NCBI GenBank assembly: GCA_043817315.1
Contig: JBDRGY010000014.1
Location: forward strand, 8,690 to 72,689
Reading direction: 5' to 3'
Length of the DNA: 64,000 nt
DNA from: Patescibacteria group bacterium
Lineage (GTDB): Bacteria; Patescibacteriota; Patescibacteriia; JBDRGY01
The notes under the pieces were generated by a model that was given only the letters and a program-made list of their open reading frames with translations, did not search any database and had not been told where the DNA came from. This document shows positions 55,305 through 64,000 of the stretch, one piece after another. Positions within the stretch are counted from its first letter, which is position 1. Each line of letters opens with the position of its first letter. A program made the translations under genes and the position numbers.

Positions 55305-55652
55305 TTATTTTTTGACTTCTTGAACAATCGCTTTAAATACCTTGGGGTGATTTTCCGCAAAATCAGCCAAGATTTTTCGGTCCAGCTCAATTTTATTCTT
55401 TTTCAATAAGTCGATGAAATTAGAATAAGTCAGATCTTCCTGACGGCAAGCGGCATTGATTTTTATCTGCCACAGCTTGCGAAATTCTCTTTTTTTGGTT
55501 CGTCTATCACGATAGGCATAGACGCCGGCTTTCAACTGAGCAGGCCGGGCTAATTTAATTTTCTTTTTTCTACCCCAACGATAACCTTTGGTTGTTTTTA
55601 ACAACCTTTTTCGTTTTTGGAGATGGGTTTTTCCTCGTTTTACACGTGACAT
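55305..55652 (-). CDS. rplT: 50S ribosomal protein L20
   Basis: MSRVKRG, AYRDRR.KKREFRKLW..KINAA and LDRKILA. Confidence 0.97.
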   Translation of the reverse strand: MSRVKRGKTHLQKRKRLLKTTKGYRWGRKKKIKLARPAQLKAGVYAYRDRRTKKREFRKLWQIKINAACRQEDLTYSNFIDLLKKNKIELDRKILADFAENHPKVFKAIVQEVKK

Positions 55653-55655
55653 AGA

Positions 55656-55847
55656 TTATCCCACTAATTTCTTAATTGCTTTTACGTTAGCCTTGTTAAT
55701 GGTACGGTCTCTTCTTTTCTTTTTAGTGATCCGGCCCGATTCCCGAGCATTAAAATGATCTTGACCCGATCGGCGCTGCATCATTTTCTTGCCCCGGGTT
55801 ATTTTGATTCGTTTGGCTGTTGCTTTATGTGTCTTTATTTTCGGCAT
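55656..55847 (-). CDS. rpmI: 50S ribosomal protein L35
   Basis: MPKIKTHKATAKRIKIT; lies between infC and rplT. Confidence 0.95.
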   Translation of the reverse strand: MPKIKTHKATAKRIKITRGKKMMQRRSGQDHFNARESGRITKKKRRDRTINKANVKAIKKLVG

Positions 55848-56350
55848 TATTGCTTCTTATTAATAATTACGGAATACAGCCTGCCCTGTCTGGTTAGGGG
55901 CTGTTCGATTTTTATATCTCCCAGGGCTTCGATAAACTTGGTAATTTTCTCCTTGGCTAAATCCTGGTGAGCCATTTCTCGACCCCTTAGCCTCATTTCA
56001 ATCTTGACTTTGTCGCCTTTAGTCAAGAACTTAGTAGTCTGCTTACTGCGCACTTCCATATCATGATCGCCCATCTTTAAGGTTAGGCGCAATCCTTTGA
56101 GTTCAACTTTCTTTTGCTTGTGCTTCGATTTCTGCTCAGCCTTTTCTTGCTGGTATTTAAATTTCCCAAAGTCTATGAATTTACAGACAGGCGGTTGGGA
56201 AAGCGGTGATACCTCGACCAGGTCCAATCCTTTCTCTCTGGCCTGGTTGAGAGCATCTAAAGTATCAATCTCTCCTTGATGGTTGCCTCTTTCGTCGATT
56301 AGAACGACCTTGGGAACTCGAATTTGTTGATTCTTACGAAATTTTTTAAT
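55847..56350 (-). CDS. infC: Translation initiation factor IF-3 with ATT start
   Basis: The frame extends upstream of the ORF-track call: (I)KKFRKNQQIRVPKVVLIDERG...GLDLVEVSP..PPVCK. There is no upstream ATG before an in-frame stop at 56369-56371; ATT at 56350. Confidence 0.93.
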   Translation of the reverse strand: MKKFRKNQQIRVPKVVLIDERGNHQGEIDTLDALNQAREKGLDLVEVSPLSQPPVCKFIDFGKFKYQQEKAEQKSKHKQKKVELKGLRLTLKMGDHDMEVRSKQTTKFLTKGDKVKIEMRLRGREMAHQDLAKEKITKFIEALGDIKIEQPLTRQGRLYSVIINKKQ

Positions 56351-56371
56351 TGTTTGTTGGATTAAAGATTA

Positions 56372-56437
56372 GTAATGTGTAATGCGAGATGCGTAATGCG
56401 AAGCAATTCTCATTACCCATTACTCATTTCGCGTTAC
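56372..56437. repeat. Heptamer-periodic imperfect palindrome downstream of ssrA
   Basis: GTAATGT GTAATGC GAGATGC GTAATGC ... TCATTAC CCATTAC TCATTTC GCGTTAC. Confidence 0.7.
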
Positions 56438-56445
56438 GTTTTTGT

Positions 56446-56839
56446 TGGTGGAGGTGAGGGGCTTTTCACCCCTGTCTAGCCAGCTCCTAAAATAATTATC
56501 TACCTACTTAGTCTGTTTAAGTTGTTCGAGCCGATCAGTATAAACAGACAAAATCTGATTAGCTCTAGTCCATTTTGGTTTCGATAATTCTACCTGGACA
56601 CGCGAATTATCTATCCTAATAAGTTGACACCCAAACTTGCCTATTAGGAGTCGGCAAATCCAGATGGCAGTAGATATTAAGCTACTGCAGGTGCAAGACT
56701 GAAGCTAGCAAAAGCTGCTTTAACCTTGCTGACAAGTGATTTGGCACTTATCGGTTTCTCCGATTATTTTACGAGTCTTCGGAGACTACTCGGAAGGCAA
56801 ATTATTTCAGGCTCAAACCATCGATTTTATAACACCCCC
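56446..56839 (-). ncRNA. ssrA: tmRNA; predicted tag (A)AKSLVSKVKAAFASFSLAPAVA*
   Basis: 5' GGGGGTG pairs with 3' CACCTCC-ACCA, including a G3-U wobble; tag ORF at 56745-56677 after ATAAGT; lies 5 nt downstream of smpB. Confidence 0.92.
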
Positions 56840-56844
56840 GTGTT

Positions 56845-57297
56845 TTATCTTTTTAAGGCTTTTCTGATTCGTCTGGCAACTTCCTTCTTTTTGATGTATT
56901 CGCGCTTATCGTACTTCTTCCTGCCCTTGCCAATTCCAAAATCGATTTTAATGAAGCCTTTCTTATTATAAACAGATAAGGGCACTAATGTCAAGCCTGA
57001 TTTACGGCCCCTCAGCTTCCCGGAGATTTTTCTCAACTCCGATTTGTGTACCAAAAGCAAGCGGGATCTGACGGGATCATAGTCCTTTTGAGCCTGACCA
57101 GCCTTTTGATACGGGGCAATGCGGGAATTGATCAAAAACAGGTTTCCTTGGCGGGGAGAGATATAGCTGCCCTTTAAGTTGAAATGTCCCAATTTAGCCG
57201 ATTTTACTTCAGGACCGGTTAAAACTATGCCGGCCTCCCATTTATCTAGAATTTCGTAGTCTAGATTGGCCCTTTTATTGCGAGCGATAGTTGGCAT
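56845..57297 (-). CDS. smpB: SsrA-binding protein
   Basis: NKRA..DYEI...EAGIVLTGPEVKS and G.GRKKYDKRE. Confidence 0.97.
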   Translation of the reverse strand: MPTIARNKRANLDYEILDKWEAGIVLTGPEVKSAKLGHFNLKGSYISPRQGNLFLINSRIAPYQKAGQAQKDYDPVRSRLLLVHKSELRKISGKLRGRKSGLTLVPLSVYNKKGFIKIDFGIGKGRKKYDKREYIKKKEVARRIRKALKR

Positions 57298-57337
57298 TTT
57301 TTTGTGGTTATCTGATAAATAGATTATAATTTATACT

Positions 57338-58999
57338 ATGAAAACAGTAAAATCAAACATTGTTAGGGATGTCAGAAGGGTCTTCAATAATCTTTGGCCC
57401 CAGTTATTGGAAAAGGAGATTGAAGCGGAAGTGGATCATCCCCAGGAAGTCATACATGGTGATTATTCGACCAACGTGGCCCTAAGATTGGCATCTGAGC
57501 TAGGAGAAAGTCCCATGGTAATCGGTAATAAGATTATTACCGGTGGCTTGAAAATTGCGGGCTTAGAGAGGGCAGAAGTGGTGCCCCCAGGCTTTATTAA
57601 TTTTTATTTAAATGCAACTTGGCTTGGCCGACAGGTTAGGAAAGTCCTGGACCAGGGTAGTGATTTTGCTAGTTCTAATTTAGGAAAAAACCAGAAGGTG
57701 CAAGTAGAGTTTATCTCGGCTAATCCGACTGGACCGCTGCATGTGGGTAACGGACGAGGTGCTTTTACCGGTGACGCCCTGGCCAATGTATTCGATAAAC
57801 TGGGCTACAAAGTACAACGTGAGTATTACGTCAATGATATCGGAAAGCAGGTTGATCGCTTGGCTGAGTCAGTCACCAGACGCTATTTGAAACAGCAGGG
57901 GATCTCTGTTGATTATCCGGACTATTGCTACAAAGGTAAGTACATTGACCAATTGGCCAAAGAATTGAATCTGCATAAGTATAAACTGACCAACATCAAC
58001 TTATTGAAGTCTAGAATTCGTTACCGGGCTTTGCAGATGATGATTAAGGATATGAAGAAGACGGTGACCGAGAAACTTAAGATCAAATTTGATAATTGGT
58101 TTTCCGAGAAATCCTTGTACAAATCTGGTGCTGTTGATCAAGTATTAACCGACCTCAAAAAAAAAGACCTCTTATATAAAAAAGACGGAGCCATCTGGGT
58201 TAAAACCTCGAAGTACGGAGATGACAAGGATAGAGTAGTGGTCAAAGCAAGCGAAGACCAAACCTATTTTCTTTCTGATATCGCTTACCTTTGGAATAAA
58301 TTAGAAGTTAGAAAGTTTGATAAGGTGATAGATATCTGGGGAGCGGATCATCACGGCTATGTCAATAGGATGTTGAGCATGACCAAAGCTCTGGACCATC
58401 AAGGGAAATTTGATATTATTATTGTCCAGCTGGTCCGTCTGATGGAGGGAGGAGTGGAAATTAGGATGGCCAAAAGAACCGGTACCTATGTTACTCTGGA
58501 TGAATTGGTGTCCGAAGTGGGGTTGGATGCTACACGTTTCTTCTTTTTGATGCACGCCTTTGATACTCATATGGATTTTGATATGACTTTGGCCAAGAAG
58601 AAATCTGATAAAAACCCGGTCTATTACGTCCAATATGCTCATGCCAGGATATGTAGTATAATTAATAAGGTTGCCAAAGAAACCAAGCAGACCAAAAAGA
58701 AACCCAAAAAAACAGAACAAAAAAAGATCTATTTGCGAGAAGGGGCAGAAACTGCCCTGGCCAAGATGCTGTTGCGATTTCCGGAAGTCTTGGAGGAAGT
58801 GGTTATTACCTATCAAGTTCATAAATTACCCAACTATTGCAGAGAACTTGCTTCCTCTTTCCATGACTTTTATACTCAATGCAGGGTGATCGAGGCCGAG
58901 GGTATCAATTGGAGCCGGGTCAGACTGATTAAAGCAACTCAGATTGTTCTGGAAGAAAGTTTAAGGGTAATGGGCATTAGCGCCCCTAAAAAGATGTAA
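57338..58999 (+). CDS. argS: Arginine--tRNA ligase
   Basis: GDYSTN, VEFISANPTGPLHVGNGRGA, GADHHGY and NPVYYVQYAHAR. Confidence 0.97.
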   Translation: MKTVKSNIVRDVRRVFNNLWPQLLEKEIEAEVDHPQEVIHGDYSTNVALRLASELGESPMVIGNKIITGGLKIAGLERAEVVPPGFINFYLNATWLGRQVRKVLDQGSDFASSNLGKNQKVQVEFISANPTGPLHVGNGRGAFTGDALANVFDKLGYKVQREYYVNDIGKQVDRLAESVTRRYLKQQGISVDYPDYCYKGKYIDQLAKELNLHKYKLTNINLLKSRIRYRALQMMIKDMKKTVTEKLKIKFDNWFSEKSLYKSGAVDQVLTDLKKKDLLYKKDGAIWVKTSKYGDDKDRVVVKASEDQTYFLSDIAYLWNKLEVRKFDKVIDIWGADHHGYVNRMLSMTKALDHQGKFDIIIVQLVRLMEGGVEIRMAKRTGTYVTLDELVSEVGLDATRFFFLMHAFDTHMDFDMTLAKKKSDKNPVYYVQYAHARICSIINKVAKETKQTKKKPKKTEQKKIYLREGAETALAKMLLRFPEVLEEVVITYQVHKLPNYCRELASSFHDFYTQCRVIEAEGINWSRVRLIKATQIVLEESLRVMGISAPKKM

Positions 59000-59004
59000 A
59001 AACT

Positions 59005-60204
59005 ATGAGAATTGGTATAGATTGTCGAACAATTTTAAATCCAGGCAAAGGCGAACAAGCTGGAGTCGGCCATTATACTTATTATTTGATCAAGAATCTA
59101 CTAAAGAACGACAAAAAGAATCAGTACGTCCTTTTCTTTGATTACCGGGTGACTAAGACTAGAGAGTTTAAGCAAAAGAACGTTGAGGTCAAGTACTTCC
59201 CTTTTTCTGAGTACAAGAAGTTTCTTCCCTTTTCCTACTCTCACATGTTGATCTCCGCTTTTATATCTAGGGCCAAGCTGGATATCTATCATTCACCGGC
59301 TAATGTCATCCCCTATACCTATTCCGGCCCCTCGGTTATTACGGTGCACGACTTGGCAATCTACAAACATCCAGAATGGTTCCCCCGGGGCCAGAAATTC
59401 AGCACCAGGCTTTTGGTACCCAAGAGCTTGCATAAAGCCAAAAGGATAATCGCTGTTTCTCAAGCTACCAAAAAAGACATCATCAAACTATTTAAAATAC
59501 CGGCCCACAAAATTGATGTGATTTACGAAGGAGTTTTTCGAGAGAAACCCAAAGTCGGCTTCCAAGCTGTTAAGAAAAAGCACGGTTTAGCTGATGATTA
59601 CATTTTATTCTTGGGCACTATCGAACCTCGCAAAAATCTAATCGGTTTGGTTCATGCCTATGCTGAACTAATCAAGAATAAACGATTTAGCAAATACCAA
59701 TTGGTGATTGCTGGTGCCAAGGGCTGGAAAGAGGGAGAGGTTTTCAAAACTATCAGAAAGATGAAGCTCGAAGATAGAGTACTTTATCTGGGCTATGTAG
59801 CCCACCAGGATAAATTAAGCTTGATTTCCAACGCCAAGGTATTTATCTTTCCATCATACTATGAGGGTTTCGGCTTACCAATTTTAGAAGCCATGGAATT
59901 GGGCGCACCGGTTATTACCAGCAATGTTTCCTCTATTCCTGAAGTGACCAATCATTCAGCTGTTCATATCAACCCCACCAAAGAAAAAGAAATTGTCCAG
60001 GCCCTGGCCAAAGTTTTGGGCAGTGCTGTAGTCAGGAGAAAACTGCGGGCTGCCGGTATCAATAAGGCCAAGCAGTTTTCTTGGCAGAAGTGTGCCCAGC
60101 AGACCGGTGCAGTTTACCGAAAGGTATATCAAGAGATAAAAAGGGAAGCCAAAGCCAAAGAGGCCAGAAAAAAGAAGTCCAAGCAGCCTAAAAAGAAAAA
60201 ATAG
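59005..60204 (+). CDS. GT4 family glycosyltransferase
   Basis: MRIGID, TVHDL, GTIEPRKN and PSYYEGFGLPILEAM. Confidence 0.92.
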   Translation: MRIGIDCRTILNPGKGEQAGVGHYTYYLIKNLLKNDKKNQYVLFFDYRVTKTREFKQKNVEVKYFPFSEYKKFLPFSYSHMLISAFISRAKLDIYHSPANVIPYTYSGPSVITVHDLAIYKHPEWFPRGQKFSTRLLVPKSLHKAKRIIAVSQATKKDIIKLFKIPAHKIDVIYEGVFREKPKVGFQAVKKKHGLADDYILFLGTIEPRKNLIGLVHAYAELIKNKRFSKYQLVIAGAKGWKEGEVFKTIRKMKLEDRVLYLGYVAHQDKLSLISNAKVFIFPSYYEGFGLPILEAMELGAPVITSNVSSIPEVTNHSAVHINPTKEKEIVQALAKVLGSAVVRRKLRAAGINKAKQFSWQKCAQQTGAVYRKVYQEIKREAKAKEARKKKSKQPKKKK

Positions 60205-60216
60205 TTTTTTATTTAG

Positions 60217-60441
60217 ATGGAATTCCGAGTCAAAGTCATTAGCAATGCCGATAGAAATGAAATCATCGAAGTAGACGATGATTTTTTAAAAGTGAAAATA
60301 ACCGCTTCACCGGCCAAGGGGAAAGCCAATCAGGCTTTGATAAAGCTATTGGCCAAAGAGTTTGGAGTACCCCCATCAGAAATTATAATACTAAAAGGGC
60401 TAAAAGCCCGAGATAAAGTCGTAGTCATCGGTTTGACTTAA
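60217..60441 (+). CDS. DUF167 (YggU/UPF0235) protein
   Basis: LKVKITASPAKGKANQALIKLLAKEFGV..I.KG..RDK. Confidence 0.88.
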   Translation: MEFRVKVISNADRNEIIEVDDDFLKVKITASPAKGKANQALIKLLAKEFGVPPSEIIILKGLKARDKVVVIGLT

Positions 60442-60471
60442 AGCCGAAATTGCCTTAAATTAAAGGGTAGA

Positions 60472-63363
60472 ATGCTAGACAAACCGAATTTCCCGGAGCT
60501 GGAAGAAGAAGTCCTTAAATTCTGGGAAGACAACCAAATATTCCAACAATCCTTGGACAAGAAATCACCCAAGGGTGATTTTATCTTTTATGAAGGACCG
60601 CCGACAGCTAACGGCCGACCTCACATTGGCCATGTTTTAGCGCGAGCTTTCAAGGATTTATTTCCCCGCTACAAAACGATGCAGGGTTATCACGTGGCCA
60701 GAAAAGCTGGTTGGGATACCCACGGTTTGCCGGTTGAATTGGAGGTTGAGAAAGCCATCAACATTTCTGGCAAGAAACAAATTGAGGAGTTTGGAGTAGA
60801 GAAATTCAACAAGCAGTGTAAAGATTCCGTCTGGAAATACAAAGGAGAATGGGAAAAAATGACCAAAAGGATCGGATTCTGGATAGATTTGGAACATCCC
60901 TATGTTACTTACGACAATGAATACATTGAATCTGTCTGGTGGATTCTAAAACAGATTTGGGACAAGCAGCTTTTATACAAAGGTCATAAGGTAGTGCCCC
61001 AATGTCCGAGATGCGGGACTGCCTTGTCGTCACATGAAGTAGCTCAAGGTTATAAATCAATTACTGAAGAGTCAGTTTACCTCAAATTCAAATTAGTTGA
61101 TCAAAAAAACACTTATGTCTTAGCCTGGACTACTACTCCCTGGACTTTACCGGGTAATGTAGCCTTGGCCCTGGGTCCTAAAGTAACTTATGTCAAAGTT
61201 AAACAAGGAAATGAGTATTACATTTTAGCCAAAGACCGTTTAGATATTTTAGAAAGTAAATACGAAATTGTTGAAGAGTATAAAGCTAAGGATTTGGACG
61301 GTAAAAGGTACCAACCACTGTTCGATTTCTTGGATTTGGAAAAGGTAACAGGCAAATCCGGCTACCGATTGGCCTTGGCTGATTTTGTGACCGTGGAAGA
61401 TGGCACTGGAGTGGTACACACCGCCGTGATGTACGGAGAAGATGATTACAATCTGGGAGAGGAAATAGGTTTACCCAAACAACATACGGTCAATGACGAC
61501 GGCACCTTTACCGATTTGGTAAAACCGTGGGCCGGTAAGTTCGTTAAGGATGCGGAAGCAGAAATCACCCAACACTTAAAGGACAAGGGCTTGTTATATA
61601 AAACTGAACAAACTACGCATGATTATCCTTTTTGCTGGCGCTGTGAAACACCACTGCTTTATTACGCTAAGGATTCCTGGTTTATCAAAATGTCAGCGTT
61701 GCGCAGCGAATTAATCGCTAATAACAAGAAGATTAATTGGATTCCGGAATACATCAAAGAAGGTAGATTCGGTGAATGGTTAAACGAAGTAAAAGACTGG
61801 GCCATATCGAGAGAAAGATACTGGGGAACTCCTTTGCCCATTTGGCAGTGTACCAGTTGTCACCAGAATGAATGTCTGGGCTCTATCGAAGAGCTGACTA
61901 AAAAAGTGAATAAGTCGAAAATCAAAGGCCAGGAGGCCAAACTAACCAAACTTGATTTACACCGACCTTATGTAGATGAATTGGTCTGGAAATGTGATTG
62001 TGGTGGAGAGATGAGAAGAGTCTCGGAGGTGATCGACTGCTGGTTTGATTCTGGATCCATGCCCTTTGCCCAATGGCACTATCCTTTTGAAAACGAAGAT
62101 CTAATCGATAAAGGCAAAGCCTATCCCGCCGATTTTATTGCTGAAGCTATTGATCAAACTAGAGGTTGGTTCTATACCTTATTGGCCATTGGAACTTTAT
62201 TAGGCAAAGGAAGTCCCTATAAAAACGTGATCTGTCACGGTCACGTAATGGATGCCAAGGGCCAAAAAATGTCCAAACGTTTAGGGAACGTGATTTCACC
62301 CTGGGAAATGATCGATAAATTCGGTGCTGATGCTATCCGCTGGTTTCTCTACACCGTTAACCAGCCCGGGGAACCAAAGAATTTTGATCCCAAAGCAGTT
62401 GAAGATGTCATCAAAAAGAATTTTCTGTTACTGTGGAATGTTTTGTCGTTTTATAAAACCTACGAGGATGAGGTTAAATCAGATAAATTGAAACCAAAGC
62501 ATGTTCTGGATTTGTGGGTGTTGGCCAAGCTGGATCTATTAGTTAAAGAAGTTACCGAAGAACTAGACAGATATCAAGTGGCCGGGTCAGCCAGAAAGAT
62601 CACAGCTTTTATCAATCAACTTTCTACCTGGTATCTAAGAAGATCTCGAGACAGGTTTAAAGGTGATGACCAAAAGGATAAGGATCAGGCCATCTTAACC
62701 TTGCAACATTGCCTGGTAACCCTGAATAAAGTGTTGGCTCCGTTTGCCCCGATGATCAGTGAAGCCTTTTATCAGGAATTGAATGAAGAGCAGCGATCGA
62801 TTCATCTGGAAGACTGGCCAGAGCCAGCCAAAAAGGTAGATGAAGAATTATTGACCGAAATGGAAACAGTCAGGTTATTGGTGGAAAAAGTTTTAGCCAT
62901 CAGAAAAGAGGCTGGTATCAAAGTGAGACAACCCCTGGCCTCTGTTCAAGTCAAGGGTAAAGCCATCAAGGATCAGCTGTTGGATTTAGCCAAAGATGAA
63001 TTGAATGTAAAGGAAGTGAACTTTGTTAAGCAATTGGAGCCAGGGGCCAAGTGGGCAGTTAAGGAAAACGTAGCCCTTAATACAGAGGTTAGCGATGTCT
63101 TGGCAGAAGAGGGAACAGTCAGGGAAATCATCCGTTCTGTTAATCAGCTGCGCAAGAAACAGAAACTAACCGTTTCCGATCAGATAAAGGTTATTTATCA
63201 GGCAGATAGTGATCAGCTGGCTAAGCTGGTAGATAATAATAAAGAAGAAATATTAAAATCGACCATTAGTTTTGCCCTTGAAAAGGGCACAGTGGCAGAT
63301 GACAGTCAAGAAGTTAAGGTGCCACAAGGTAAAATCAGGATTTCAATACAGAGCAAGCAATAA
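60472..63363 (+). CDS. ileS: Isoleucine--tRNA ligase (IleRS2-type)
   Basis: EGPPTANGRPHIGH, GWDTHGLPVE, WTTTPWTLP, DWAISRERYWGTP, DQTRGWFY and KMSKR. Confidence 0.97.
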   Translation: MLDKPNFPELEEEVLKFWEDNQIFQQSLDKKSPKGDFIFYEGPPTANGRPHIGHVLARAFKDLFPRYKTMQGYHVARKAGWDTHGLPVELEVEKAINISGKKQIEEFGVEKFNKQCKDSVWKYKGEWEKMTKRIGFWIDLEHPYVTYDNEYIESVWWILKQIWDKQLLYKGHKVVPQCPRCGTALSSHEVAQGYKSITEESVYLKFKLVDQKNTYVLAWTTTPWTLPGNVALALGPKVTYVKVKQGNEYYILAKDRLDILESKYEIVEEYKAKDLDGKRYQPLFDFLDLEKVTGKSGYRLALADFVTVEDGTGVVHTAVMYGEDDYNLGEEIGLPKQHTVNDDGTFTDLVKPWAGKFVKDAEAEITQHLKDKGLLYKTEQTTHDYPFCWRCETPLLYYAKDSWFIKMSALRSELIANNKKINWIPEYIKEGRFGEWLNEVKDWAISRERYWGTPLPIWQCTSCHQNECLGSIEELTKKVNKSKIKGQEAKLTKLDLHRPYVDELVWKCDCGGEMRRVSEVIDCWFDSGSMPFAQWHYPFENEDLIDKGKAYPADFIAEAIDQTRGWFYTLLAIGTLLGKGSPYKNVICHGHVMDAKGQKMSKRLGNVISPWEMIDKFGADAIRWFLYTVNQPGEPKNFDPKAVEDVIKKNFLLLWNVLSFYKTYEDEVKSDKLKPKHVLDLWVLAKLDLLVKEVTEELDRYQVAGSARKITAFINQLSTWYLRRSRDRFKGDDQKDKDQAILTLQHCLVTLNKVLAPFAPMISEAFYQELNEEQRSIHLEDWPEPAKKVDEELLTEMETVRLLVEKVLAIRKEAGIKVRQPLASVQVKGKAIKDQLLDLAKDELNVKEVNFVKQLEPGAKWAVKENVALNTEVSDVLAEEGTVREIIRSVNQLRKKQKLTVSDQIKVIYQADSDQLAKLVDNNKEEILKSTISFALEKGTVADDSQEVKVPQGKIRISIQSKQ

Positions 63364-63410
63364 GCGCTTGAATTTTATCATTAATATTGGTAAAATAGTC
63401 GAGCGTTTTT

Positions 63411-64000
63411 ATGATTGAAGACAATAAAAAATACGACGTTTTGATTGTTGGCGCAGGACCTGCGGGTCTTTTTGCCGCTTATGAAATAGTCCAAAAAAGC
63501 CCCAAAACTTCAGTTTGCCTGGTGGATATGGGTAAATCGATCAAGAAGAGGAGCAAAAAAGATGTAATGACCGGAGTGGGCGGGGCAGGCACTTTTTCCG
63601 ACGGCAAACTGCATTTTACCCCGGTTTTGTCTCATGAAAAGATGTTTCATCTGTATCCGATTGCTGAATACCAGAAATACATCGATTATGTCGATAAGTT
63701 ATTTACTGATTTCGGGGTAGATTCTCCTTACACCCCGGAAAATTATAGCGAAGTCAACAAACTGGTGGATGACTGTAAAAGGAACGGTATCCATTTGTTT
63801 ATCCGTAAAGCCAGACATGTGGGGACCGATGTTCTGTCTAAAATCATCGGTGACTTCGAAGATGATTTGAGAAAGAAGAAGGTTGAATTCAAGACTGAAA
63901 CAGAAGTTACTGATCTGATTGTCAAAGATGACCGATGCCAAGGTGTTATAACCAAAGAAGGCAAAGAGATTCTGGCTGTCAAAGTAATCCTGGCTCCGGG
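63411..64000 (+). CDS. FAD-dependent oxidoreductase (COG2509-like), 3'-truncated by the window edge
   Basis: Absent from the ORF track because it has no stop. Translation gives MIEDNKKYDVLIVGAGPAGLFAA...GVGGAGTFSDGKL...RHVGTD...VILAPG. Confidence 0.88.
   Translation, partial: MIEDNKKYDVLIVGAGPAGLFAAYEIVQKSPKTSVCLVDMGKSIKKRSKKDVMTGVGGAGTFSDGKLHFTPVLSHEKMFHLYPIAEYQKYIDYVDKLFTDFGVDSPYTPENYSEVNKLVDDCKRNGIHLFIRKARHVGTDVLSKIIGDFEDDLRKKKVEFKTETEVTDLIVKDDRCQGVITKEGKEILAVKVILAP

Noticed and set aside
56726-56971. 81-aa plus-strand ORF
   Set aside because: Antisense to tmRNA and smpB.
1-64000. Alternative genetic code 25, prophage, integrase, reverse transcriptase/DGR or defence system
   Set aside because: prfB is present and genes are full length under code 11. 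No hallmark genes for the other elements were recognised.

Overview
This 64-kb window is bacterial chromosome with nearly all genes on the + strand. It reads as a Patescibacteria/CPR (Parcubacteria-like) genome; this is inferred from the giant pilin/Ig/IPT surface proteins, Asn-rich membrane proteins and compact housekeeping operons. It uses genetic code 11. Housekeeping genes: lepB, hisS, HIT, rpsU, yqeY, ybeY, dgkA, ftsA, ftsZ, htrA, frameshifted prfB, glmU-like, glmS, comEC, lgt, infC-rpmI-rplT, smpB-ssrA, argS, ileS, tRNA-Val and tRNA-Asp. It also carries glycosylation genes and several very large surface proteins. The main points worth a second look are: (1) an intact tRNA-Asp nested inside a complete second 'ghost' tRNA-Asp that is broken up by small palindromic insertions, with a similar palindrome in the T-loop of a cobalamin riboswitch; (2) a GC-rich SPFH two-gene cassette with an rRNA-leader-like 5' region and 5'/3' UTRs that can base-pair across 2.6 kb; (3) a compact B12-salvage module (nrdJ, cobO, riboswitch, DUF4430, DUF6580-like); (4) a REP-like, IR-flanked GIY-YIG element between the two comEC parts; (5) a duplicated 36-bp promoter around a phosphoesterase gene; (6) a WxL/DUF916 pair and pilin-domain fusions. 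All domain assignments come from motif recognition by eye, not from database searches.
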